DNA of 63,588 bases, filler included, from Octopus bimaculoides (lineage: Eukaryota): NCBI RefSeq assembly GCF_001194135.2. It is 4 parts of 4 records of this genome, joined end to end, with 100 filler letters (N's around TTAATTAATTAA, not from the genome) between each part and the next. Parts side by side here need not be neighbours in the genome. Positions count along the whole stretch, not along the records: positions 39,172 to 60,484 come from NC_069004.1; 3 more parts are not named here. The stretch is one strand, 5' to 3'. Each line of letters starts with the position of its first letter. Positions within the stretch are counted from its first letter, which is position 1. Shown here one piece after another: positions 39,589-52,105 of this stretch. The position numbers were made by a program, and so were the translations under genes. The notes beneath the pieces were generated by a model. The model did not search any database. It was not told the origin of the DNA and saw nothing but the letters and a program-made list of their open reading frames with translations.

Positions 39589-40327
39589 CCATCATGAGCA
39601 TTAACTCATATCTGAGTAGTTAATCAGTACTGAGTGACTTAGCTTCTTCATCCTGATGGGTGCAAAAAGTGTTGGTGTCTGAGGTGGCTGTTCAGCTCAA
39701 GGGCAGTACAAAAGAGCTGGAGGGGGAGGTGGTACATTTGTCACAGACGAGGAAGTGTGGCAAGGAACGAGGAAGTGTGAATTGCTCTTTCTCGTCTTCG
39801 ACATCTGATCCCTGCCTCTTGACATCCGTTGTTTTCCATCATGCTTTTCACAAACAACAGAAGAACTCAGAAGAAAGACAGAGAGCAAAGATTTATAGTA
39901 AGGTCGGTCAAGTGACCCAAAAACTACTCTGGAATTTCCCTGATATGCTAACTGGTTTCTCAGGCATGGAGAACTACATGATGCTTAAAGATACATACCC
40001 ACACACACGCACACACAAATACACCTACATGCATGCACATGCACATTGAAACCAATGTTTGTTTTTAATCATTTGCCTCTCCAAACCATTTTCATAAGTT
40101 TGTGCTAAACACCCATGCTTATTTTCAGGTTTTTAGTTAGTCCTGGTTTTATATGTTTTGAGTAATATAAAGTTTACCTTCTCTAAGTCCCCAGTTACTC
40201 TGGCGGGTGAAAATAAAAATTGGGAACATATATCATATACGATGCATGAATGTCAGAGAAATATGTTTTGTGTGTTGCACGTGATGCACAGGACAGGTAA
40301 GGGGTTCATTATGTTCAACTACTTTAA

Positions 40328-40546
40328 CCCTTTCGCATTTAAACTGGCCATATCCTGTTCAAATATTCTACCTATTTAATGTTCAAACTGCCAAGATCCA
40401 GCCTCTTATACCTATCCTATAACGTCATTTTAAAAATATACAATCATATCACCAATATCACAAACATATGAGATAATACAGGATTAATTCAAAAAGTGTG
40501 AATAAATAAGCATTATGTTTGACAAAGTAATCTGAATACTAAAGGG
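40328..40546 (+). mobile_element. piggyBac-type MITE, copy 1
   Basis: TTAA|CCCTTTCGCATT ... AATACTAAAGGG|TTAA (TTAA at 40324-40327 and 40547-40550). Confidence 0.85.
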
Positions 40547-40549
40547 TTA

Positions 40550-40765
40550 AGATGACGAACTAGCAGAATCATTAGCAAGCCAAGTAAAATGTTCAGCAGC
40601 ATTTTGTCCATCTTTACATTCTGAGTTCAAATTCCACCAACATCAACTTTACCTTTCAGCCTTTCAGGATCAATAAAATAAGTACCAATTAAGCACTCGG
40701 GGTCGATGTAATCGACTTAGCCCCCTCTGCCGAAACTGCTGTCCTTGTGCCAAAATTTCAAACCA
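40550..40765 (+). mobile_element. SINE family A copy
   Basis: GCAGAATCATTAGCA...TTCTGAGTTCAAATTCC...AATAAGTACCA...CTCGGGGTCGATGTAATCGAC...GTGCCAAAATTTCAAACC. Confidence 0.9.
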
Positions 40766-41184
40766 ATAATGTTCAACTGCTCCTGTTTTTCTGTTGAATT
40801 ATTCTTATAACTGGGTTCCAGCATCACCAGAACAAACTGGGACCAGTAAAAGAGAAATTCAGCTGTAGCCTAATTCAGCTGCCTCTCTTCTGCAAAACGG
40901 TATATCATATAAATCTGTTACACCCTGTAAGTTCAAAGATTACAGTCTGTGGCACCAGCAAGTCTGTAACACATGAATGTCTAACACTCCCAATTCCAAT
41001 ATCATAATCCATGATAGATTTTAACGACTATTCTTTTAAAAGACTGCAGGTTTTTTTTATTTTTAAATGAATTAATTAAAATATTTAATAGACTGGGATG
41101 GTGCACAGTCTATGTTGACACTGTCTGATGGAGACAAACAGACAAGTGCACTGGTATATCTGCTTGCTTGTGTATATGTATATT

Positions 41185-41227
<43 letters not shown>

Positions 41228-41236
41228 GATGATGAG

Positions 41237-41323
<87 letters not shown>

Positions 41324-41450
41324 AGTGCATGTGTGTATATATGTGTGTGAATATATATATGTATGCATATCTTCTATCCATAACATTCTATCCATGTCAT
41401 TCTTCACTTGTTCTATGTGTGGTAAGACTTCTCCATTTAAGGCTGGCGAA

Positions 41451-41669
41451 CCCTTTAGCGTTAAGATTATTCCGTCAAATGTAATGCTTTTTCATTCACA
41501 TTGATTTTGATTAATCACTCATTATGTTGTAGCTTCAAACTTTTTTGATGTGATTGCATATCTTTAGAATGGAATCGAAGGGTAGGTGTGATAGGCTGGT
41601 TCTGGCTGGTTAGAACATTGAACAGGTAGCATATTTAGACCAGATATGGCCAGTCTAAATGCTAAATGT
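41451..41669 (-). mobile_element. piggyBac-type MITE, copy 2 (inverted, degenerate ends)
   Basis: CCCTTTAGCGTT ... AATGCTAAATGT. The interior is the reverse complement of copies 1 and 3. Confidence 0.75.
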
Positions 41670-41790
41670 ATAAACTTTACATTTCATACAGTTGGTCCAA
41701 ATGACACAAAGACCATTTCACCAAACACCCTCAGATGCTATATATGTAATACAATATGTAAGTCTTGCTTCTGTCTGCAAAAGCACTTAA

Positions 41791-41990
41791 CCCTTTATTG
41801 TTTAGACTAGCCATATCCAGTTTTATGTTCAAACTGGCAAGATTCAGCCCCTTACACTTACCCTACAATGTTATTCTAAAACTCAAACATACCATTGAAG
41901 TCTCAAAGCTACAACATAATGCATGATTAATCCAAAATAATATGAATAAATAAGCATTACATTTGATAGAGTAATCCAAATGCTAAAGGG
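41791..41990 (+). mobile_element. piggyBac-type MITE, copy 3
   Basis: TTAA|CCCTTTA ... AATGCTAAAGGG|TTAA (TSDs 41787-41790 and 41991-41994). Confidence 0.9.
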
Positions 41991-43644
41991 TTAAACATCC
42001 ACAAATAAGACAACTGATACTGTGCCATTTCAGGTGAGAAATAACTGCACTGTATACAAAGCAAATTTCACATTGCTGCTCTTGGAACTCAAAAGCCACT
42101 TACGTGCTGATGCACAGAAAGAGCACATCTAACAAGAAGTGATTAAGCTTTGAATAAGAACAGACTACTTCTCTCTCCAAGTGTGTATGTGTGTGCATGT
42201 ATACATACACACATACCAGAACGAAATGACTCTGATGAGGGTAACATCAGTTTTCTAGGTCATTCACTTTTTCTAAACTGATTAATGGGCCAATTGAGTA
42301 AACCAATCAATAGTGAACTTATAATGACTACTGGAAACAGTTGTAAGTCGAATTTACTACAATAAAGGGAAATATGTAATGACCATTATTTATGCCATAT
42401 CTAATATATACATACACATATATTTATATATATATATATATATACATATGCACACACAAATTCACACAAATATACATACACACATGTATATTTATGTATT
42501 TGGTATTAGAAACAAATATAAAAAAACTTCTCGATGCATTATAATAGTATTTATTCAATATATATGGATTGATTCAAAGGTGAGGCTTTCGTCTATTGCT
42601 ATTTTGTGAAACTGAAATCTCTGCTAGTCATCCGTAATGAACTGCTAAGAAAAGGAATCATCATTATCATCACCGCTGCCAATACCACCACCACCACTAC
42701 CACTACTGTCACTGCCACCACCACTAGCACCACTACAACTACCATAATTTATTGTTGACTTTTCAAGCTAATATGTGTTGGATGGTCATCACAGCTTGAA
42801 TCAAATCTTATTGAGAAAGCCCTCTTTGACAGGTCAGAGAACCTTTTCTTGCTCACACATTTCATTTTTGGCATGATTTCTAAGGCCTGCTGCCCTTCCC
42901 AACACCAACCACTTGTACTGAGTGCATTTTATCATGGCACCAGCACTAGAGAGGTTGTCACGTCTTCAGCAAGACCAAACAACACTTCTCTAACCTGCAC
43001 TGTCTCCATTCATACATCATCCACTTTACAGAGTTAGTTGGCTTTTTTACTGTTCAATCAGGGATAGAAGACCAATGGCCGTAACATTTCTTTTCTTGGC
43101 AGATATTTCAAGATCGAAATCTAACCTAAATAACTGTAACAGAGTGAATTCTACAAAAGGTACCCAAAGACCAAGCGGCGGTGTTAAACTAGGCAACAGA
43201 TTAAATCTGGCACCCGAAGAACTCATAACACAAAAACTGAGAACAAGAACTGTCACAAGACATTTCATCTACCATTCTAATAATTGTGCAATTCTTCACC
43301 CTGCACTGTTTATATGCACCAAAAGCCAATATGAGAGTTTCTCTCATGATATCTACTGCAGTATAGTTTGTTCTAACAGAACATCCAGGTTTAAGTGGGG
43401 ATAAATATTTATATAAGCTAAAAAGGGATTACCAAACTCGAATGACTGTTATATTTGGTCATGGCTGAGACAGGTCGTTAAGTTCATGGCTGATTTGAGG
43501 CTAAATGATAACAATAATGACAGTAACAGTAACAGGAAGAAACGCAATGAGCAACAAGGGAATGGCAACATGATTAGTGCAAATTGCCAAAAACAACAGC
43601 TGAATGCCCCTCAAAATCACATTTGACAAACTTAGAGAATGAAA

Positions 43645-43776
43645 GCACAGGCATGGCTGTGTGATAAGAAGCTTGCTTTCCAACCACATGGTTCCAGGTT
43701 CAGTCCCACTGCGTGGCACTTTGGTTAAATGTGAGTAGATTTGGTAGATGGAAACTAAAAGAACCTCATCATGTGT

Positions 43777-43815
<39 letters not shown>

Positions 43816-44020
43816 TGTGCCTGTGTTTATCCTCCATCACCATTTGACAACTGGTGTGTGTCTATGTCCCTGTAACTTAGCAGTTCAGCAAAAGAGACCA
43901 ATAGAACTAGCAGCAGGCTTTACAAAAAATAAGAACTGGGGTCAATTCCTTCGACTAAGAATTCCTCAAGGGAGTGCCCCAGCATGGCCATGGTCTAATG
44001 ACTGAAACAAGTAAAAGGTA
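43645..44020 (+). mobile_element. SINE family B copy with internal (GT)n
   Basis: Head, microsatellite and 3' half all recognisable. Confidence 0.85.
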
Positions 44021-44586
44021 AAATACAAAATACCTCTTAAATCAGATAACTACACCAAAAAGAAAAACAGGGTGGTCATGGTTGGAATACCCTTTATCAT
44101 CAGTCAGTCAGATTAAGGTCAACCAGAGGCTAAACTACAGCAGGAACAACAACAACAATAAACAGGAAGAAAGGTAGTTTTATAAAGAGTTAATCATCCT
44201 TCTGACATGAATCAACTCATCCCTCTCTCCACCCTCATCCCCCCTCTCTCTCTCTTTCTCTCTCACTTTCTCAGCAATTCCGATTCCGTGCTTAACATTC
44301 ACATTGTGACATCGAAGAATAACATTTTCCCAAGAAAGAAACCCTAGAAACAACTGACAAGCTAAACATGGCAGCAACAGAAAAATGCAAGGATTATTTT
44401 TGCCAAGGACAAAAATCTCCTTCAGCGAGATTTTTATGTCCGATGACTTCAGTGTGTGTGTGTGTGTATATATGTATGTATATATGTATGTATCTATTTA
44501 TGGGTGACAATAGCAACAACAACAACAGAATCAGTAAACATGCATGTGTGATTGAGTGTAAGTATGTATTTGTATGTGTTTTCTCA

Positions 44587-44626
<40 letters not shown>

Positions 44627-45182
44627 TATATATACATATATAGACATATGCACGCACACAGAAATATATGCATATATTATATTCATATTTTACATGTGTA
44701 TTTATGCATCTATGACATCTACGTGTGTCTCTGTGCACTGTGATATAATGTTTGTTTTTGTATATTTGTATGTCACTATGTGCAACTTTGAGAGAGAAAG
44801 TATGCGTGCACGCACACGCATGTGTGTGTGTGTGTGTGCGCTTGTTATACTATTTGACATTTCCGGCAGATGCTGTGTCCTTTTAATTGAATATTACATT
44901 CGTATCCATATTTGCCAAGCTATTGTGTGCTCCATATAGGCATGTTATTATGTATAGGTACATTTAACGTTTACAAACGGGGGGAAAAGGAGAGAAGTCC
45001 ATGGTATAAAGCAGAGTCTGTATACTCTTTTATTAGCTCCGATTGCCAAGGGAGAGATTCAAGGACTGGCAGTTTCAAGTCAAGGAACATCTCTAGCAAA
45101 TGCATCGGAATGAAACTTTAAATCTTTGAGTCACCCTTGAAAGCAAGTGTGAGTAACAAAAGAGTTTATAAGCAGATACATG

Positions 45183-45597
45183 TAGGCGCAGGTGTGGCTG
45201 TGTGGTAAGAAGTTTGCCTCCCAACTATATGCTTCTGGGTTCAATCCCATTGTGTGGCAATTTGGGCAAGAGTCTTCTACTAAAGCCCTGGGCTGACCAA
45301 AGCCTTATGAATGGATCTGGCAGAAGGAAACTGAAAGAAGCCCATTATGTGTACATGTGTGTGTGTGTGAGAGAGAGAGAGAGGGGGGGAGAAAAATTAA
45401 AGGACCTAAGCTAAAGAACACCTCAAGGAAATACATACATGCATGTAAGCACAGGCATGGATGTGTGGTAAGAGTTCGCCACCCAGCCATATGGCTCCAG
45501 ATTCAGTTCCACTATGTGGCACCATAGGCCGGTGTCTTCTATTGGGCCAACCAAAGCCCTTGTAAGTGGATTTGGTAGACAGAAACTGAAAGAAGCC

Positions 45598-45645
<48 letters not shown>

Positions 45646-46140
45646 CTGTATGTGTCTGTATGTGTTTGTGTCAGTGTTTATGTGTGTGTGTGGGTGTGTG
45701 TTTGTGTGCGTGTGGGTGTGTGTGTTTGTGTGTGTTTGTGTGTGTGTGTATGTGTTGTATTCACCCCCCCCCACTGCTTGATAATGGTGTTGATCCATTT
45801 ATGTCCCCGTCACTTAGCAGTTGTGTCTTCTACTTTAGCCTCAGGCTAACCAAAGCTTTGTGAGAGGATTTGGTAGATGGAAACTGAAAGAAGCCTATCA
45901 CACACGCACACACACATATATTTATACATACATAGGTATATATAATGTGTATATGTGTGTGTGTGTGTGTGTGTCTGTGTTTGTGTTTGTGTTTGTCCCC
46001 CACTACCACTTGATAACTGAAGTTGGTGTGTTTATGCCCATATAACTTAGCAGTTCAGTAAAAGAGATCGACAAAATAAAATACCAGGCTTTAAAAAAAA
46101 GTGGAGCCAGTTCTAATGACGGAAACAAGTAAAGATAAAA
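45183..46140 (+). mobile_element. Cluster of three SINE family B copies or fragments with (GT)n tracts
   Basis: Heads at ~45183 and ~45450; a third fragment at ~45830-46140. Confidence 0.8.
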
Positions 46141-46143
46141 GGC

Positions 46144-46184
<41 letters not shown>

Positions 46185-47038
46185 TATGTCTATATTATAT
46201 AATACAGTAGAAAGAGGTATCTCACATCTGCATATAAATCAATTTTGCACAATAAATGAGAGGAACCTATTTTGTTGTCCGGAAGATCAGTTGGATGAGA
46301 AAAAAGGTGACGCGGAGGGACAGAGTGTAATCCAACATTTCAATATGTATGTGTGTGTGTGTGTGTGTGCTTGGGTGGGGAGGCAGGTTGAAGCATTGGA
46401 AACCATATGGCTCATTACTCAAAGTAGAAATGGGTGGGGGTGGGGGTAGGGGAGGTCAGGATAAACAGTAGAATGAGGACCACAAACACACCCTTCCTAG
46501 CCCGGACGGAACTGGTGGGGGAATGGATAACCAATCATCATCATCATCATGACTTTTGTTATCATCGTCATCATCATCATCATCATCATCATCCTTTCTT
46601 TCACCCTGCAGCTCTGATAATATCAGTTTCATAGAAATATAATGAAACAACAACAACAGCAACATGTATGAGTCAGGTTTGGTGAAGCATGACAGTCAAG
46701 TTACTCCTAAACATAGACAACAAATGCCCACCAGACAATTACATAATTGCACACATTGCAGATACATAGATACAAACACACACAGACACAGTAACATGAA
46801 TACGACATTTGAAAGCAGCAATTGACTTCTATGTTGCACGTTTCCAATATATTTTGGGCAATACAATATTTCTACAATAACAACAAAGGCCTTGAATACA
46901 ACAAAGAGGTGGTTATGATGGCATAAAGAACACAGAAATGGACCCAAAATAATATACGGAAACCCTTCTTTTGGAATCAAATGCAGTTCCAAATGAGGGT
47001 AAACGCTTCACAAACGATGAACCATTATTGTTGTTACA

Positions 47039-47330
47039 TCTATAATAATAAAATGCAAAATTCTGTCCGTCCATCTTGGACCCCTGTATTTCCTCTACAT
47101 AAACATATTATACCTTTTTAAAAGCTGGGTGACCCTGGGATTGAAAAATCTGCCCTTCATTTGGTTCTGGAACATCCAGCATTGGAATCTGATTTAAAAG
47201 CATTCGGGCTGCTATTTCTAGCATTTGTTGGTGTTTGTCAGATGACGTCAGAAGTCAAGGGGGAAATAAATGACATCCACTTTGTTAATTCTACGTCGAG
47301 ATAAGAACTTTGGGACAAACTAGCCAACAG
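47039..47330 (+). mobile_element. Possible non-autonomous Helitron-like fragment
   Basis: A|TCTATAATAATAAAATGC...CTGTCCGTCC resembles Helitron/DINE-like 5' ends. No convincing 3' hairpin plus CTRR was found. Confidence 0.3.
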
Positions 47331-47515
47331 TTGAAATTCAATTTGGGACAGGAACAATAGAATGATTGCAATACAGAGTTAATTCTCATCCGTCCTTAAC
47401 CTCTGATTAAACACCACCAGGGCATACGGCCATTATAGGCATATTATAGTCATGTTATTTAGCTCTGTTTAATTTTTGGCCACAGGCCCAATTAGCCTTC
47501 TGTATGAGCTAACTT

Positions 47516-47774
47516 GGGGGCGCGTGACTTAGTGGTTAGGGTGTCAGCACCATGATCGTAAGATTGTGGTTTCGATTCCTGGACCGGGCGACGCGTTGTG
47601 TTCTTGAGCAAAACACTTCATTTCACGTTGCTCCAGTTCACTCAGCTAGCAAAAATGAGTAACACTGCAATGGACTGGTGTCCCGTCCAGCTGGGGAACA
47701 CATATGCCATAGAAACTGGGAAACTGGGCTCATGAGCCTGGCTAGGCTTTAAAAGAACGCATTTATTTTATTGT
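47516..47774 (+). mobile_element. tRNA-derived SINE with perfect 13-bp TSD
   Basis: TSD TATGAGCTAACTT at 47503-47515 and 47775-47787. A-box-like TGACTTAGTGG, B-box-like GTTTCGATTCC, T-rich tail. Confidence 0.9.
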
Positions 47775-48214
47775 TATGAGCTAACTTAGAAGTCCACACA
47801 GAGTACGGCTTTTAAGCTAGTATAATATAAAAATGACTCTACATGTTTCATACAAGGATTGAACACCAAAACCATGCAGTTGCAAAGCAAGCTTCTTAAC
47901 CACCCAGCCATACCTTCACCTATTTAGTTGTAAACATAGTTTTGTCTACACATTATATATAGGAGAGGGGTGTGGCAAGTCAATAATTTCACTTATGTTT
48001 GGACAGTGGGGAGAAGAGATCTGGTATTTTCCACTCTGAGAAACACTGCATTATATACATTGAAGGAACAAGTAGTAGTGGTGGTAGCGGTGGTGGTGGT
48101 GGTAGTGGTGGTGGTGTTAAATTAGATATCAGATTTAGCCTAGCATTCAACAACAATGGTAACCTTGGATCAGACAGTTTCCATCAATCAAACCTTTGGG
48201 TTTATCCAAAGCAT

Positions 48215-48415
48215 TGAGCTGATGGAATTGTTAAGCAGACAGGGCAAAATGCTGATTGGTATTTCGTTCATCTTAATGTTCTGAGTTCAAATTCTGCTGA
48301 GGCTGACTTTGCCCTTGGGGTCGATTAAATAGGTACCAGTTGAACTCTGGGGTTGAAGTAATCGACTCATCTCCTCCTCTAAACTTGCTGGCTTTGTGCC
48401 AAAATTTGAAACCAA
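48215..48415 (+). mobile_element. SINE family A copy
   Basis: Family A core and 3' end GTGCCAAAATTTGAAACC. Confidence 0.85.
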
Positions 48416-49094
48416 TATTTAGGTTGATCCAAAGCTGAGCTAGAATAAACTTTATCAGTGGTCTGCTGGGTTAGCTGACCTGACCTGGGGCTAAACCAAC
48501 AACAACAACAAATGTAGCCACTGCCAATACTATTAATATAGCTACCACCACCACCTCCACCAACACGGACAATGACAACAACATGCAATCAATGCAGTGC
48601 ACTTTTACTATCTTCAAAGAGGAAGGACACATATTGCGAACACTACGTGAAAGAAAAAGACAGAGTGGTCATGGCTGGAAAGCCTTTGACTCACCACCAT
48701 CATTATCAGGCACACATACTACCACCACCACCAAACACACTGCAATTGCCAGCATCAGAGTGACACACTATGACTATCACGCACACTACCGTACTGCCAC
48801 TAGCACCACCAACACCATCATCAAACACACACACCTTCACCACTATCACTGTCATCACAGGACATATACACACCACAGACACACAAACTTATAAGCACTT
48901 TCAGACACACCACAAGACATGCTGTATATTACAAGACTAGACTGCACTTAAGTAGACAGTGAATAGACGATAGCAGCTGAAATACGTAGGAGGAAACAGA
49001 CCAAATGATTTCAAGTATAAAACTCAACAGATATTAGCTTTCGTTTTACTACTACTACTACTACTACTACTATCATTGCTGTTGTTGTTGTTGT

Positions 49095-49842
49095 TGAAAT
49101 CCTACTGAGGTTAACTTGGACTTTCATCCTTTTAGAGTCGAAAAAATAAAGTACCAGTGAAGATGAGGGGGGGGGGCATGTAATTGACTACCCCTCCCCT
49201 CAAAACTGCTGGCCACATGCCAAAATTAGAAAGAATTACCGGCAGAATCGTTAGCATGCTGGGTTAAATGCTTAGCAGCGTTTCGTCCGTCTTTACGTTC
49301 CAAGTTCAAATTCCACTAAGGTCCATTCTGCGTTTCATTCTTTCAGGGTCAATAAAATAAGTACCAGTTGAACACTGGGGCACAATGTAATCAGCTTAAC
49401 CCCTCCCCTGAAACTGGTGGCCTTCTGTCAAAATTTGAAATTATCATTATTATTATTAATACCATTATTATTAAGGCTGGGAACTAACAGACGCTGCAGG
49501 GGTCAATTTAGCCTTTCATCTTTTTGGGGTCGATAAAATAAGTACCATTTGAGCACTGGGGTTGATGTAATTGCCTTACCCACCACCCCAAAATTGCTGG
49601 CCTTGTGCCAAAATTTGAGACTGAAAGCAGCAAGCCAGCAGAATCATCATTGCACCAGATAAAATGGTTAGCATCATTTGTTCCTACTTTATGTTCTGAG
49701 TTTAAATTCTGCCAAGGTCAACTTTACCTTTCATCCTTTTGAGGTCGCTAAAATAAGTACCAGTTGAGCACGAGGGGGGGGGCAATGTAATTAACTTAAA
49801 TCCACCCACAAAATTGCTAACCTTGCACCAAATTTTGAAACC
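49095..49842 (+). mobile_element. Cluster of four to five same-orientation SINE family A copies
   Basis: Repeated cores, with an (ATT)n linker at ~49440-49472. Confidence 0.85.
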
Positions 49843-49867
49843 ATCTTCGACTAGCAGGTCATGCTAC

Positions 49868-49910
49868 TCCAGACTGATGATGAGCAATGACTCAGAAACA
49901 TGTCTCTGGA
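49868..49910 (+). ncRNA. Minimal type I hammerhead ribozyme fold
   Basis: Stem I UCCAGA(49868-73)/UCUGGA(49905-10); core CUGAUGA; stem II UGAG/CUCA with CAAUGA loop; GAAA; very short stem III within the palindrome ACAUGU; GUC cleavage triplet (cut after C49904). The 10.1-11.1 pair is U-A rather than the usual G-C. Confidence 0.75.
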
Positions 49911-50914
49911 TGCAGGCTTAGCTGGGTGGAGGTGCTGGTCTCCCCCTTGTAAACATAAGGACACAGGAAATGTGTCAAGTTCTAAACAACATTAGTATTA
50001 TTCCCTTCAGGGGACTGTCACATTAAGTTGACAGCATACAACTACTTCAAGTCTAGAGTTGTTTGCTTAGAAGAAGTACTTTTTCGCTCACTATAAATTT
50101 TTCGATGATAGTAGAAACTTTTGCACTTTGTTCAAAATTTGGATCTTAAACCCAGGATCTTGTAAACCAAGTTTTTGTAAAGTGAGGTATTACTGTACAG
50201 AGAGGGTCTCTAGTTGGTTTCCTCTTGTTTTACTCAATGATCTTGAATGAAGGAATAAAAAGAATTTTCTAAAGACGAGGAAACTGCAAGAATTTTATTT
50301 ATATTTTGGAAATTACAAAAATACAAACAATAATTTTCTTTTGTTTTATTATTAACTCTATTTTCTGCCCCTATCTTTAACTATCCAACAACTACAAGTC
50401 TTCTTTCACTCCAGCCTACACAAACACCTCATCTTTTTATGGATTTCTAGAAGAACAGAAATAAAAAACAAAACACGAAATTAAATGAAAAAAAATTTTT
50501 AAACATTAAAAAAAAAAATGAATGAAAGTTAATTATCAAATAAATATAATAAAACAAATTGAAAATTCTATTTTCTGGAATAGTCTCAAAGACTTGTTGA
50601 AAAAATGTGGGTCACAGAAATGGAATTGGATAAAGAAGTCACATAGAAATACTTTACACAGACACTTTCCTTCATTTAAAACCAAAAATTGTCTATTTGC
50701 GTGCGTGTGTGTGTGTGTAAGTTTCTAAGAACATGTATTTAAAAATAAATATATGTACATATATATATATCTGTATGTAGCGGATACATGGCTGTGTGTC
50801 TAAGAAATTCACTTCTCAAACACATGGTTCTCGGTTCAGTTCAACTGCATGGTGCTTTGCACAAATGTCTTCTGCAAAAGCCTTGGAAACTAAGAGAAGC
50901 TATCATATATATCA

Positions 50915-51073
50915 TCATCATCATCATCATCGTTTAACGTCCGCCTTCCATGCTAGCATGGGTTGGACGATTTGACTGAGGACTGGTGAAACCGGATGGC
51001 AACACCAGGCTCCAATCTAATTTGGCAGAGTTTCTACAGCTGGATGCCCTTCCTAACGCCAACCACTCAGAGA
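50915..51073 (-). mobile_element. SINE family C 3' part
   Basis: Reverse complement of 13270-13442, including the (ATC)n tail. Confidence 0.9.
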
Positions 51074-52105
51074 GTATATATATATATAACAATAATATTA
51101 GGGATAAAAATCCAAATTTACAGGTAAAAACTCAATTCAATTCAATTTATTAAAAATTAAAATTAAATTAAGTTTCACAGTATAAAATATATGTATATAN
51201 NNNNNNNNNNNNNNNNNNNNNNNNNNNNNNNNNNNNNNNNNNNNNNNNNNNNNNNNNNNNNNNNNNNNNNNNNNNNNNNNNNNNNNNNNNNNNNNNNNNN
51301 NNNNNNNNNNNNNNNNNNNNNNNNNNNNNNNNNNNNNNNNNNNNNNNNNNNNNNNNNNNNNNNNNNNNNNNNNNNNNNNNNNNNNNNNNNNNNNNNNNNN
51401 NNNNNNNNNNNNNNNNNNNNNNNNNNNNNNNNNNNNNNNNNNNNNNNNNNNNNNNNNNNNNNNNNNNNNNNNNNNNNNNNNNNNNNNNNNNNNNNNNNNN
51501 NNNNNNNNNNNNNNNNNNNNNNNNNNNNNNNNNNNNNNNNNNNNNNNNNNNNNNNNNNNNNNNNNNNNNNNNNNNNNNNNNNNNNNNNNNNNNNNNNNNN
51601 NNNNNNNNNNNNNNNNNNNNNNNNNNNNNNNNNNNNNNNNNNNNNNNNNNNNNNNNNNNNNNNNNNNNNNNNNNNNNNNNNNNNNNNNNNNNNNNNNNNN
51701 NNNNNNNNNNNNNNNNNNNNNNNNNNNNNNNNNNNNNNNNNNNNNNNNNNNNNNNNNNNNNNNNNNNNNGGAGGAGGAGTGCATATACATGGGGAGCAGC
51801 CTTTCTTTTATGCATGCTACATTAAATACATGACTATGTTCAAGTCTTATCTTTTTTTTGTTCTATACTTTCCATATTTTCTGTTTTGTCTCGTGCCACC
51901 ACTTGAGAACTGGTGTTTGTTCAAGTCCCCATAAATTAGCAATATGGCAAAAGAGACTGATGGAATAAGTATCAGGCTTAAAAATTAAAAAAAAGTGACT
52001 TGGTTCATTCAATTTAAACACTTCAAGGTGGTGCACCAGCACTGCCACAGTCCAGTGGCAGAAACAAGTAAAATATAAAAGATGCATGCGTGTATATATA
52101 AATGT

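Larger units (their letters stand above)
41403..43400 (+). pseudogene. Decayed multi-C2H2 zinc-finger sequence disrupted by two MITEs
   Basis: Removing MITE 41791-41990 and one TTAA restores RCYICNTICKSCFCLQKHLNIHK* (C-x2-C-x12-H-x3-H). Removing MITE 41451-41669 gives FTCSMCGKTSPFKAGxTLH (C-x2-C-x12-H). Three further degenerate CTV(C) knuckles (CTGCACTGT at 42045, 42995, 43301). The 3' boundary is uncertain. Confidence 0.65.

Noticed and set aside
39660-40049. 129-aa plus-strand ORF
   Set aside because: No recognisable domain, runs into (CA)n-like sequence; at most decayed coding DNA.
42225-42266. CTGATGAG within a hairpin
   Set aside because: CTGATG pairs with CATCAG and there is no downstream GAAA or stem III, so it is not a hammerhead.
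47516-47600. tRNA-like sequences here and at 36391, 52600-52676 and 63425
   Set aside because: They are SINE heads followed by SINE bodies and TSDs, with no intact cloverleaf.
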